From: Antedon mediterranea
Lineage: Eukaryota > Animalia > Echinodermata
DNA length: 64,000 nucleotides
Direction of reading: 5' to 3'
NCBI RefSeq assembly: GCF_964355755.1
Contig: NC_092674.1
Location: forward strand, 14,632,001-14,696,000
Shown: one piece after another, positions 50,633 through 64,000 of the stretch
How the letters are laid out: each line of letters opens with the position of its first letter
Position numbering within the stretch: the stretch's first letter is position 1
Position numbers and translations under genes: made by a program
The notes under the pieces: generated by a model
Database searches by the model: none
The model's input: only the letters and a program-made list of their open reading frames with translations
Told to the model about the DNA's origin: nothing

Positions 50633-50655
50633 CATGGAGGTATTATACCTCCATG
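50633..50655. other. Probable P-type excision footprint
   Basis: TTATAAG|CATGGAGGTAT-T-ATACCTCCATG|TTATAAG, a 23-bp palindrome with CATGGAG ends between 7-bp direct repeats. Confidence 0.75.
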
Positions 50656-51340
50656 TTATAAGCAAGAATAATAATGCTGGTAGTATTAGGTAGGGGTCCG
50701 TAGGTTAAGTTTGGTATTTGCCTGTTTTTTATTTGTCAACACTTCTTTCTACGCAGAAATCTGACACTTGACAGTAAACATACCATTTTTTAAAATTTTG
50801 GGTCTTATTTATTATAAAATTGAGTATTAGATGATATTTGTCAATCAAAAATTAATTATGAGTATAAAATTTGAAAATGACAGTACACTCATTATTTGTT
50901 TAAGGTTTTATTTAATATAGGCATACAATTCAGTTATTTTAGGTTGTAAGAATAAGATACAATGGAATTAATGGTGGTGTTAATTGTATATAATGTTTAA
51001 TGGATGTGTCAAATAGTTAGTTATTGAATTGTTTTAAAGTTTAGTGATTATTTTGCGTAATTACAGGTTTGGATGCAAAACTTTAATAAAAAAAATATCT
51101 AGTTAATAATGGGGAAATGGTGCAATCAGTTCAGGTCATGAAGATAAATGATGTTTACAAACATTTGGAAGTAGATTGCTAAATGGCCAGGCTGTTATTG
51201 TGAAATTGATATGTTGAGAATAGTGATAAGGGATGTGAAGCAATTGCACGTGATCTGAGTTGAAGAGTAACAGAAGTCGAAGTTTTTTTAACTTAGTTTG
51301 TTTTGGAAATTTGGTTTGGTTAGACAGGTTAGAGAACGCA

Positions 51341-53729
51341 ATGAGTTTTAAGCAAATATTGAAAGTAGTAATAGTGGAAGAGTTTGAAGTAAGGGTAGCA
51401 TCAAGTGATGGAAGATCGTTTGCTGTTGGAAATGTATTGCTAGAAAATGAAAATAAAATAATTTCTTGTTATATCAACGATATGGAGACACCTGGTGCGA
51501 AAAAGTTATTGGAACTGAAAAGTGGGAAGAAAGTTATAATAACTAATGTTATACTGAAGAACGACGCCGTCAGGTTGTTAGCAAAATCCAAGGTAAGATT
51601 TTTATTAGTTTGTAAGTGTTTTTTTAAGGTGATTATTAGTTATTTATTGGATGGCTTGTTGATTTATTTTGTTTTATAATAGAGTGTTTAGGTATAGATT
51701 AGTCATTTATATTGTGGTAGTTTAGAGTTAAATGTATTGTTTGATTTATGTTGTACAGTATAGTCATGTCTTGTTGTTTTTTGTGGCTATAGGTGTTGAG
51801 CAGAGTTGGTAACTTTCCTATCAATGAAGAGATAATTGAAAAGTTTGTGAAGCCAGAGGTTGTGACAGTCATGGAAGCGAAGGGAAGTCCCCCTAAACGA
51901 AGGATATCCGTTAAAGGGAATGTATTTGAGGTAATTATTGATGAATATTTGTATTGTTGTTTATTTGATGTTGTTTAATGAAATTAAAGAAAAGTAATAC
52001 AACGTCAATTTACATAATGCATCCAAATTTAAAAACCCGTTATGCTATTGTTAGTCACAAAGCAACGTTACTTTATAAATTGATTTTAAATTACTTTTTT
52101 TTTATTTTCAGGTGGGGAAGTTAGTGGAGACACCCACTTATAAAAGACGATGTCTGAAGTTAGGCACACCAGAATCTAATATCGATTTAGTCCTTTGGGG
52201 CGATAAAAGTCAATTGATTGACTGGAAACCACTGAAACAAGTGACCATTTCGGCGGTAGTCGTAGAGGAAAGCAAGAAATTAAAAAGCACGAGATCTACT
52301 GTTGTAGAAGTAAGTGTTGTATAATTTGTTATTTAGCATGCTAAGTTTGAGGTTTGTTGGCGGCTTAATATTTACCAAATAGGCATGCTTTCGGGTAATT
52401 CATTCTATTGTCGTCTGAAGTTGGAGTGTGCCAAAATATTTGCATTACGATGTTGTTCTTTATGTTAGTTTGTTGGTTGTATAATTAGTATCGGTAAAGT
52501 CATATTGAATTTTTGAAGCTCAGCATATTTTGTGTTATAAATTAAGCTTTGATGTGTAGGAAGGTGTGAAGGGTATAACTATATAGTCTACTCAAATGTT
52601 ATTTAATCATTAACAATAGATTATTAAGTTCTGAATAAATACATATATATGTTAACAAGGCCGCATATGGTAGTCGCGTGCTTGCGTTAGTGTTTACAGA
52701 CCCAACCATTGAGGTGTAGAGTCGCGTTGCATGGGATTAAATTTTAAGATTTTTTTAGTTTTGATAGTGAAGTAAATATAGGTTTTACTTAATTATTAAA
52801 GAACAATGAACCATGTCGTAACTGGAATGGAAATAGCGTAAATGAAATGAATGCTTATTGAACAGAAATGAATTTACTTATAAAAATGATGGTGAATTCC
52901 TTTGTATTTTGAGATGAATTAGATGTGATTTGTACGTTTTAGTTATTAATTAAAACAATGTTTAATTTCAGACTGACGATACTGAATTTTTAGAAGGGGT
53001 GGTCATCGGGCTTGGCGATGAGAACGAAGGGTATGTACTTTATATTTTGTATTACTTACTTAGCAGGAGTTTTGTGTAACTTTGGCATTTGGATTTGGAA
53101 ATGGCATATTTTTGGAGGGCATTTTACATAAACATGTGTATTTTTTTAAATAATCGATTTATGGACATAATTTGTAGGCCTACTGTAGAATGTTTCTAAA
53201 AGATTAGCTGGCATCGTCAATAAATGTGAAATGTTTGTGGTCGTTTTAAATTTGATGGAAGAAAAGATGATGCACCGCGATAAAACGGTGTCGACAGTGT
53301 TCTTTTATTTTAGGCGATCAACAACATTTTTCAATGTTTTTTTGTTAATCAAAATTATGAATGTAGGGTTATCTTTTAACAACAATTAACAGTTTTTATT
53401 GTACAATTTCCGGTTAGTTAGGATTTTTGTTTCTGTTAATTACGCTTGGCTGCCGATAATTTTGTTTCGTGAAAGAAGTTTTCCGTATTATCCATGGAAA
53501 GATAAGGAAAGTGAATGTGTTGGTTTATAAAAAGAATCTCAATGCTGTTTTTTGAAAGTTTTATTATTATTCTTTCATTTTTAGATATCCTGTAGACGTA
53601 ATCCTAGCAGACGGTGACGTGTTAAAAATTCCGGAGGGCTTGGAATTCAATTTTGAAATTGATTTACCTGCTAATGTTAATTATCAGACCGACGGAGATC
53701 GGTTAGTAACCGCATTACACGTTCTTTAA
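51341..53729 (+). CDS. Uncharacterised tandem OB-fold-like protein, join(51341..51592,51793..51930,52112..52309,52972..53030,53585..53729), 263 aa
   Basis: Five exons with canonical GT-AG introns and consistent phases (0,0,0,2) give a stop-free ORF. It is beta-rich, with ISVKGNVFEVG..KRRCLKL..IDLVLWGDK..VTISAV resembling RPA-type OB folds. Confidence 0.75.
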
Positions 53730-54689
53730 ATTAAAAGCATAGTATCAGTAATGCGCTGCTTGTATTTTTGTACCGTAGAGTAGTGCGTTGTATTGTTTTT
53801 TTGCATGCGTTGACGTGTAGTCATTTTATGATTTTAGAGAAATTGATATAGTTTAAAGATGTATTGTCAGTCAAACAGGTTATGTAAAGTATTTATTTTG
53901 AAAGGTTAAGAAAAAAACAAAACAATTAAAAATATAACCTTATATTTGGAATTTGATGTGAAATTGATGTGAACATTGTCGTTTATGCGTACGCGTAAGA
54001 TAACAAATTTGCTATATTAAGGTAATTTAATGTTAAATTGATTGTGTTTTAGGCCTACATGTAATGACGCGAGGTTAATTGACTACCGTACTATAATTGT
54101 TTAGTTTATATCAGGCAGATCATGTCAAGAATTTAGTAGTTCTGTTTTTAGTGTTGTTGTTTAAAAGATTATTATGTATTATTAAAGAATATTGTTAAAT
54201 GAATATAGGCCTATGTGTTTGTTGAATTATATCGAGTTTGAATGAAACTGGGAATGTTGTGTTTGTATTTAATAACTGTCGATTTAGACGAAATTGACTT
54301 AATACGACTGGATATTGCGTATAATACTCCGGTATTATAGGGAGAATTTGACAGATGATGAAGTTGTTTTCGCCTAGCAATTTATTTATCAGACGTTGAC
54401 TATGTAGGTTTTGATTTGTTTTTTAAAACAAGTGAAACCTTTTTAGTTTTATTTGGAAAAATAGTATGTTACTTTGTAAACTGAACGGACATTGACTTTA
54501 ATGAATAATTGATATGATCAGAATCGTCTATCTTTCGAACGTGGGGTCGGGTTTGTATCTGACCTATTAACGTAACAATCGGAATCAGCCACTAATGTAC
54601 CATTAACCACTAAACAGTTAAGTAAATAAACCTTGTTTGTATATGTTAAGGCAGGGGCGCCGTTTATCGTACCTAAACAGCCAACAACA

Positions 54690-54978
54690 TCGACAAGGGT
54701 TTGAGGCTGACTTGCTCCTAGTTTTGGTAGTGGAACAAGTCTTCTCGGATAAGGACTATAAACCGTAGGTCTAGTGTACACAGTTATAACCTGTGTGCAC
54801 TTTAAAGAACCCAGTTCAGTATTTGAAAAGAGTTGGGGTTACCCCGGTGAACTGGTTCACAAAATAGCCCCGTATCAGGGGGATTACCACCTATCTGATA
54901 GGACAGTGATTAATTCACTATTGGCAATCCTTGTCCACATTGCCTAAAGACATAATATAAAATAAATAAATAAAATAA
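54690..54978 (+). mobile_element. Nin/Deu-domain SINE
   Basis: CTTCTCGGATAAGGACTATAAACCGTAGGTC..TTAAAGAACCC..GAAAAGAGTTGGGGTTACCCCGGTG resembles the DeuSINE central domain, and there is a (TAAA)n tail. The 5' boundary is uncertain. Confidence 0.65.
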
Positions 54979-56293
54979 TATACAAATCAGTTGTATTAGA
55001 TAATATCCGTCATTGGAATTAGTTAAGATGTCAGTTGCATAGGATATCATGGATGGAAATAATTTTTTATGCTTATATAATCTTATACAGTAAATACTGT
55101 ATTTTTGTATTTTTCTTTTTATTTAATATCCAGTTCAATTGTATTACTATAAAATCATGAATGCGGGGTAATTGTCAGTTATTGGATTGTTGTAATTGCG
55201 CAATTGCAGGTTTGGATGCAAAACCGAATGAAAATATCTAGTTTCAACAATGATGAGAAAATCAGGCGAAGAAGATATCATGTTGACATGCATTTGGGAG
55301 TTGTCAAAATAGTGTAGATAGAGTAATCGCGTACTGGGACCACTATGGTTAATTTACAGGTACTACCCAACACTGAACAGTTCCTAATACAAATAATACT
55401 GTAGTTTGAATTTTAAAATATAGTAAGATATTGAAGAAAATGTTGTATTATATGTTTTACAGGTCATAATATAAATATAGCAAATACATTTTTATTAAAC
55501 ATTTAAGTCAAGAATAGTGGAATAATGTTTCGTTAAGTGTATTTTACTGAGTGAAATTTAAATTTGTTGATTCCAAAAGAAGGTATGACTGACAGATTGT
55601 CACATTTTGTAGTATGATTAAGCTTACCGGTAAGTATTATTTTGATTATTTAATTTGCTTATTATGATGTGTAATGAATTTACAGATTTCAAATTAAAAG
55701 ACGTGATGCAGTACTGTACTATTTCAGGATTAGGCCAAACTATTGAAAGTCTGAATTTATCACATTATTAATATAATGACATATAATGAAAGATAATAAT
55801 AATAACAAAAATGAATTTGTTATAACAATAATAAATAACAACTAATCTATTACTCGTAACAAAAATCAATTATGGATTTATGAAAAGTACACATAATAAC
55901 ATTTCCAGTAATGTATGTGTTAATAGACTAAATCCTTAAACAAATAATATAGAGGATGAGATTTATATGTTTATTTTGAAGATGGACTTTAACATTTTGT
56001 AACAACATTTAATTAATTTCTAGAAATTAAATTGTTTTAATTTTGTTCATGCTATCATCTTATTCATGATTTTTAAATACACAGCGGATATTCAGTTTTG
56101 GTGTAGTGTCTACTATACGCGAAAATACGTGTATAATAATTGTTACACTACGCTATATTGAAAGGGAAGATGTGTTTACTTTGCCAGGCACGGAGAGGCT
56201 AATATAGGGTTACAGAGATCTCTGGTAATAATCAGTGATTTTATATCATCAATAGTAATTATAAAACACTAAGTGATATTGGCTTATTGTTGG

Positions 56294-58533
56294 GGGTGTC
56301 TCGAAAACAGAGATCTCGAAAACAGAGACCAGAGACCCAGGGTCTCTGTTTTCGAGATTTTCTCGAAAACAGACACCCCCACTAAAGCGTCTCAATATTA
56401 CGTTATATAGGGGGTTTCTGTTTTCGAGAAAAAGTCGAGAACAGAGACCCCTACTAAAATGTCTCAATATTAAAGTCAATGTTACGTTATGTAGGGGGTC
56501 CCCACTAAAACGTCTCAATATTACGTTATATAGCGAGTCTTTTTGACCGTTCGAATACTTCCATCAACAGGATTCAGTCGATAAATATCGTCCTCTTAGT
56601 CCTTAATTTGTACGTTGTGTGTTATGTCTAGATGGTGCCAAAAGGCAAGATGAAACAGTTGTTATCAGTACACTTCTTCCTGTATTATCAGTTGTATGGC
56701 ACGCCATACAGTTGGGTTATACATACCACCTGTACCTATAGCAATTAGTATGAGTCATGTAGAAAGTGGATTGTGAATAAAAGAGTCAGCTTTTATTACA
56801 ATACATTATACATGACTTACTTAGGTACTGGGGGTATATAACATTGTGTATAAATAGTAAAATGTTGTAGTTAAGAAGAAGAAAGGATAACAATCACAGT
56901 AGAAAGAAATAAATGAAGTTTCTATCGTTAAATATACCTTAATTGTACGAAAAGTAATTTTGTCAGTCCCCTCCACTTTTCAACATAAAAATCACAGAAT
57001 GACGTGTTGGTGTTACAAAAATCCGAAAAACCTTTTTTTTTGCTTGTCAGTTTGAAATTGACATTTTATTTTTTCCAGCGATCTGCGCCGTTGCATTGGT
57101 GTCGAAAACAACAATGTTGAACATATTATTTATAATATAAACAAAGAAATATATAATGAAATAACAATTCAAAATACGAAATGTATACCGGTAAACTTCT
57201 TTAAATGAATGACGGTTGAACGAATGCTCACAATAAACGTTAAAGTTATGACTTCACAATGTTCAAATATAGCATTTTCAAAATTATAGATGTAATTAAC
57301 ATAGATAGAGGTCTAACCCATTTTTAAAAACAGTTTGCAAATAACATTCAAATAACAATTTACTAACGTGCACAATAATGTTCGAATATGACATTTAAAA
57401 ATTGTTAATAACGTTAAAAGAACGTTAGTATCGACATTCAATAACATTTGATAACATTGTTTTAACGTTCACAGTACGTTCAATGTACGGTATTTTTTTT
57501 TTCGCAAACGATAAAAGTTCTTGCAAATTGAATAATAGGCTAAACAAAACCAAACAAATTATTAACAACCAATTGACAAAGTGGTTTGTCAGTTGAACAT
57601 TATGTAACAATAACGTTTTAAGTCAAAATAAAACGTTATGTGAACGTTTAAAACACAACGTTCAGCGGGCGTCAAAGAGAATCCACACATTTGAACAGAA
57701 AATAGGTGATTTTTATTAAAACCGCAAATGTTATTTAACTGGGACTAATAGTGGGACTCTTCCGGCCTTGTTTTCGTGTCGAGCGAAATGATATAAGGTC
57801 AGACTTTGAGGCAGACTGGAGGATGAAGACAAATATATTGTGTTGGGCGAGCCTTAAAAAAGAAATGAATTTTAAAAAAATAAATAAATTGATAAATATA
57901 ATAAACATAAATTCATGGTTTTTGCGATAAAAGTTGGGTTTTAATAATTTATGACCAAGCTCGTTGGTGGGTATTTGCAACATTCTTAATAAACAGGGAT
58001 TATATTAGGAGGTATCGGGAAATCTTGAAAAAAGAGACCCCCAATATAATGAGACGTTTTAGTGGGGGTCTCTGTTTTCGAGTTTTTCTCGAAAACAGAG
58101 ACCTCTTTATAACGTAATATTGACTTAATATTGAGACGTTTTTGTGGGGGTCTATGTTTTCGAGAAATCTCGAAAAAAGAGACCCCCTATATAATGTAAT
58201 ATTGAGACATTTTAGTGGGGGTCTGTGTTTTCGAGTTTTTCTCGAAAACAGAGACCCCTTATATAACGTAATATTGAATTAATATTGAGACGTTTTAGTG
58301 GGGGTCTCTGTTTTCGTGTTTATCTCGAAAACAGATACCCCCTATATAATGTAATATTGACTTAATATTGAGACGTTTTAGTGGGGGTCTCTGTTTTCGA
58401 GTTTTTCTCGAAAACAGAGACCCCCTATATAATGTAATATTGAGACGTTTTAGTAGGGGTATCTGTTTTCGAGATTTTCTCGAAAACAGAGACCCTGGGT
58501 CTCGGGTCTCTGGTCTCTGTTTTCGAGACACCC
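56294..58533. mobile_element. Non-autonomous MULE-like element with a 10-bp TSD and tandem hairpin subterminal repeats
   Basis: TTATTGTTGG|GGGTGTCTCGAAAACAGAG ... CTCTGTTTTCGAGACACCC|TTATTGTTGG. Shares 57790-57990 with 49420-49615. Confidence 0.88.
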
Positions 58534-60409
58534 TTATTGTTGGCGTATTTAAAATATTGTTCCTATAAGTTGTTTAGTTAGATAGGGTATGGCGTACATG
58601 AAATCAATAACTCTCATTGTCACAATGTTTGCTTGCTTTGTGTGCCTGGAAATGCTGCCTTTGAACATAATTATTGCGCAATAATCAACGCCTGTTTGCC
58701 ATTGTGTATTATTCAAATACGCTCGTTGGTCATGAAAATATACGCATAAGGTCAAACCTACCTAACCTGTTTCATAAAGGGAGCTTCGATTATAAGAGAC
58801 GTCTGCATAGGTTATAAAACAGCTGTGTTTTTTATATTTGAATTGTGTGCGGGAAGTCACATGTATCTGTTTTGATGCGCTTTTGACACAGTTATTCCGA
58901 AATGAAGTTATGGGTATTTTGGTCTAGTTATGAATGATTTGTTATTTATTCAAGTTAGAGTTTTAGAGTCCTTATACGATAATTGTATTTAATGATAATG
59001 ATACGGAGATGCAAATTGATATTAAATGATGATAATAATAATACAGTAACAATACATTAATAATAACATTAATATGTAATATTGGTTTTTGTTGACGAGG
59101 GTATTGTTTATTAGTGCAGTTTGGATTTTGGTTGTTTGTTTATAATATTTAAAAAAAAAAGGTCATTGTTTGTGATTGATAGCCTCGAAATTGATATGTT
59201 GGGAATACTTGGGCATAGGCCTAATGATAACCGTTGAAGTTGTTTAGGTGAATGGTCGTGGGATTGTTGAATGTTATTCATTTTAGGGTCATTTGAATAA
59301 ATTATATCAACGTTCAGTAATGGATAATTCAGACGTTTAGTATCGCTTGCAAGTTACGTAAGAAAGTATATGACATTGTTAAATTGTGTGAGTCCAGTCT
59401 TTTTAGCAGTTCGCCCTCTAGATAATCTGTATAAACTTCAAACCTGATACAGACAAATAACCCGAAGGCTTGAGAGAGTGTTCCACGGTAAAATTATACA
59501 GTATATTGCTAAAATAATACATTATAGACCACATAAATTACTACTGTACTATTTTGTTGTTAAAGCACAGTGAAGTTTTATTAAACTAAATATATTGTTT
59601 TAATGTTGTATACGAGGATTATAATATAGAGTGCGTTTGTGTTTCTGAAGGAGAATACGCATCGTTGTATGATGTAGGCCTCCTACGCGCACGGCTGGTG
59701 TGGTATGCGCGGCTCAAGGAGATAGGTGTAATGTATTACTGGAGAATCGCTGTACAAACTAAACGCGCATGTGACGTAGAGAGTTTGCATGGAGCGCATA
59801 GCCAGAGCCGTTTCGAAATTAAATAAAGCTATTTTTTTTGTTTAAAATCATGTTCGCAGTAGTTTTATAATTTTATAAATACTTTAACAAAAACAAATTG
59901 ATTGTTTTCATATTAAATTCGATAGTTAAAGCCTTTTGAATGTTATACATTTTTAAAACAAAGGACTCAACTTCATACTTTACAAAGGAGTAGTTGGACA
60001 AAAATATAAATTTATTTAAAGTTGCAAGAGAGTGTGGCCAACGACCGAAAGTAAATTATCCTAGGTGGCAGCACAAAATTATACAAGATTATGCCAGACA
60101 CAATTACGGCCAAAATAGCACAAAAATAATGTATTAGAGGGCGGTGTATGTTTATGTTTGTGTATCATAAAGTTGGGAAGCAAAAAAATGCCTGATTTGG
60201 CTACTATAATTTTTTATATAATTTTGGATAATTTTTTTCAATCGTATTTTATTGATGGATCACAATCGATGGCCAAAACTATTACTTACTTCTTTGCTTG
60301 ACTTAAACTGTAATTTTAATTTATTAAGTTCCCTCCTGTAAGTGGTGAACCATGAGCTCACTGTTGGTTGGAAAATGAATAAATAAATAATTAAATAAAT
60401 AAAATAAGA

Positions 60410-61530
60410 TTGTAAATCACTTAGAAAACCTATTTACTAAAGGTAATGGAAATGATATATTTGAATATATTCGTAAAAAACAAAGAAATTGTTAATTCAC
60501 ATTGGGTGTGCCCTCTTAAACAATCTGTCTTTGATTCATCAATTGCTAATTGGAGCCAAGAGTTAAATACAAAATCATCACTCAACGAATACAAATCTTT
60601 AAAAAAAAAACCTTGTCTAGAAACTATACCTTTTGGACAAAACAGATTTTGAAGGGGTAAGCATCAAATTTAAGCTGCGCACAAATACTCTGCCATTATA
60701 AGGTAGAAAATGCAATTGACTACCTGAAAGTGATGGTTTATGTAGTCTTTGCAATATGAAACGTATAGAAAACGTAACACACTTCCTATTTGAATGTCCT
60801 GCTTACGACGACATTAGAAAAGAAGAAACCATGAGATTAAAACTACAATTGCAATCTTCTAACCTTAATCATATTTGGCACTTATTCATAAACTCTAATA
60901 CTGATGTTAAAATATACCTAACACTTGGAAGTGACTATCACATGTTCAGTAAAGAAACCCATCTAATACTTGATAAATTTTGCAAAATATATGCCAAAAG
61001 AGCATGGAAAAAGCGCTCCGCAATTATCAATTAATAGATCTAGAAATTGTACCAGATTTCCGTTCTGTATTGCAGAGTAAGACTTGCATAGTGTAAATTT
61101 CTGTTTTTTTTTTTTACTGTATCAGTTGATTTTAAAATGCCTTGTCATTCATTTATTTCTTATGGTTAACTTTATAATGTAATTTGTTAATTTTGCAAAT
61201 GTAAATTTCTGTTCATTTTAGGCCTTTTATTTATATCTGTATTTTGTATTATCATTGTAAACGACACTTAACTGCTGCATGGAGACTTTCAAAACACACT
61301 TAAATCAGGATTATAATTTGAGGTAAAATGGTTAATAAAACACTAAAATAAGATTAAATATTAAAATTAGGAAAATCGAAATAATAATAAATTCTTTTAT
61401 TTTCTCTTTATACTTTTATTTAGCCTTCAGGCTAACATAATGTATGTAATGTATGTAAGAACGCACCGTCCAGAAGAACGTGTGCCACCGATTTAAAGGC
61501 GTATGTTCAATAAAGTTATTATTATTATAA
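60410..61530 (+). mobile_element. 3' fragment of a non-LTR retrotransposon
   Basis: Frameshifted KLRTN.LP..CSLCNMKRIENVTHFLFECPAYDDIR CCHC knuckle. The 3' UTR ends AATAAAG(TTA)n. Confidence 0.75.
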
Positions 61531-63312
61531 TTATGGCTCTGCTACTTGATTGCAAACGCTGCCGCCACTGTCTTGGTTTCTTAAAGATATAGCTGGCCGA
61601 GTGAGGGCTAAGCGACTAAAAACATTGTATTACTTGGTGGAGTGGATCGTATAAAGTGTGGTTGGTTGTTTACTTACGAACGAAATTATATGTTAAAATA
61701 TTGATGGAAAATTCACATTGAAAGAAGTTAAAGCAAAAGTTGGTTTGCAACTTATTAATATTAAGAATAAGTTTAAACTTAGTCTAGGTAAGACATTTGA
61801 CATTGTAGATTGCCATTTATTTATTAATGTGCATGATGATGATCAAGCTCTGAATTTGATGTTTTGAGTACGAGTGGTTGTGTCCGGTGGCCGTGTATTG
61901 GAATCGACGGGATGTTTCTGCCATGACTGAGACGATTCGGCTAGATTTTGGGGAGGAACGTTTCATTTTGTAGGCTGAAAATTGTAGCTTTTGACAAAGC
62001 TATATATATTTGTGTGGTATTTATGAACTGTTTTTGTTTGAACCTACCATATTTTATTTACAATGACAATTTTAGTACAATATACATCCTTAGTAATACT
62101 ACTACAGTACTATAGACTAGTAAGGATTAGGTGCCGTATTCGGCCACCTCGCGATTGATATGGACTGTACCATTATTATTATAGGTGTGTGGTGTATTGT
62201 GTTTTATGTAGAGAAGGGTGTCTATTGAATTAAATGGGAAGACAATACAATTGTTCTGTTATGTAACTTAGACAGTAAAAACTATAAGGAACAATACAGA
62301 ACATAAACTAGCAAGCATGTACTTTTGATAAGGTATTTTATTATTACAGTAGATACTGTGTTACGGAATGCTAAGATTTTGTAACAATATTACTATCTAA
62401 TATACTTAGTACTATATATAAACTAAAGTAAATATTACAGTTTAATCAGAATCAAAACATATTAATTTAATTAATATTTATTGGAAGACACCAATCATCC
62501 TCGTCATGGCGATATTATTAGTTCCGTTTTGCATTCGTTATTATAAAACGTTTTGATGCAAATACTGTTCAATTTTTTTAGAATCTGTATTTGTATTAAA
62601 TCTCTATATATATGTAACAAAGGACGTAATTGTTTTAAATCGTTGCCGTTGGTGAAAAATGTTTTTGGTGATTGTGGTATTCGAATGGAAACTTTTGTTG
62701 TCAATATAAAGATTTGAATGGTATATTTTAAATTTAAAACGAATTGAGCTCAACAGAAAGTCATTTCAACACAAATTGACAACGCAAGCTTTGTTGTTAA
62801 GAGCAATCTCTACGCTCAAAATTCGGAAAAAACTGGTCAATATTGTAATTGAATATGACAATTGTGTTTATCTTTTGTATCCGTCAATTTTTCTATTTTT
62901 ATTACTGAGCTAATTAAATTCATTATATGATGTGTGTACTATAAAAATATAGCCTGCTAATAGTTTATGACCGTGTTCGTACGGCGATTGAAATACACGT
63001 TTATTTGGTTTTTACCCTTGGGGTAAAACCCATACGACGTTCGTACGAATAAACAAAGTACCGGTAAGCTGACACGAAACCAATTAAGATCGGAATTCTT
63101 AGGTCAAAAAGCGCCCTCTGTGCGTCGACCCATATCAATTGACATGGCGTGTTGACAAATTCAACTGGATATTGCATGTCGTTTCGCGCGCGAATCGTTC
63201 AATTATTATTTTTCAATCGACAACCAGACCTATATATTTATAATACATCGAATACAATTTACTTTTTAAATAAATAATGATCGAAAATCCTGCTAACGTA
63301 TGTTGTTTGTTG

Positions 63313-63570
63313 ACCACGTGTGTTTATCGTGCGAGCCGAACTATTGTTGTGGAAATTCCATTTAATGTACACGCACTGTACCCCTCTTGTAAAAATCACC
63401 ACGTGTATTTATCGTGCGAGCCGAACTATTGTTGTGAAAATTCCATTTAATGTACACGCACTGTACCCCTCTTGTAAAAATCACCACGTGTATTCATCGT
63501 GCGAGCCGAACTATTGTTGTAAAAATTCCATTTAACACGCACTGTACCCCTCTTATCGTGCGAGCCGAAC
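63313..63570 (+). repeat. 85-bp tandem repeat, about 3.2 copies
   Basis: ACCACGTGT..ATCGTGCGAGCCGAACTATTGTTGT units at 63313, 63398 and 63483, with a partial unit at 63555. Confidence 0.92.
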
Positions 63571-64000
63571 GGTTGATGTGGTAATTCACAGACACCAGGC
63601 TACCACAATACAGAACTCCCTGACGTTACATGTACATTATAAGCCACCGATTCGCAAGTTCAGGTCACCGGAAAAAAACCAACGAGTTGATTATTTATAT
63701 ATAATTTTACAAAACAATAGATACATTCGCATTAACGAAAAAGAACATTTTAAACAATAATTGTTAAACAATCAGAAAGCTTATTTGAGGTCGCGATTTG
63801 ACATGATCCCGTTAACGCTTGATTAATTATACCCCGAGGCAGCGTGTAATTGGAATGGGATTGAAATAACCAGTAAAGTTGGTGGATTTTTCGTCCAGAT
63901 GGTTTTCTAATTTTTTATAGCCAGAGGCGTAAGTTAATTGCCACACGCGACCTCACAGTTGGAAGTACACGGTAGTTTCAGTCCCGTCCGAACGGGCCCT

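Overview
AT-rich, intron-containing animal genomic DNA, probably a marine invertebrate (echinoderm-like; an inference from composition and TE content, not proven). The window is a dense nest of transposable elements around two intact non-transposase genes: DNLZ/Hep1 (980-1982) and an unannotated 5-exon tandem OB-fold gene (51341-53729). The centrepiece is a 12.7-kb P-superfamily DNA transposon (24949-37633) with perfect 31-bp TIRs and a 7-bp TSD. It carries two convergent spliced genes. The first is an 862-aa DDE transposase whose N-terminus resembles the RAG1 non-core zinc-binding domain instead of THAP and which lacks the usual P-transposase C-terminal domain. The second is a 451-aa protein with an acidic stretch, a PHD finger and what looks like that missing C-terminal domain. 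Together they suggest a split, chromatin-reading P transposase laid out like RAG1/RAG2. A young intact Gypsy element sits exactly on the last splice acceptor of the transposase. Also present are a second defective Gypsy with a SINE, a DIRS element with a LINE insertion, two probable P-type excision footprints, a 75-bp minisatellite amplified from a dead transposase, a 3.3-kb foldback element and many MITEs. All family assignments come from motif recognition by eye; no database searches were run.
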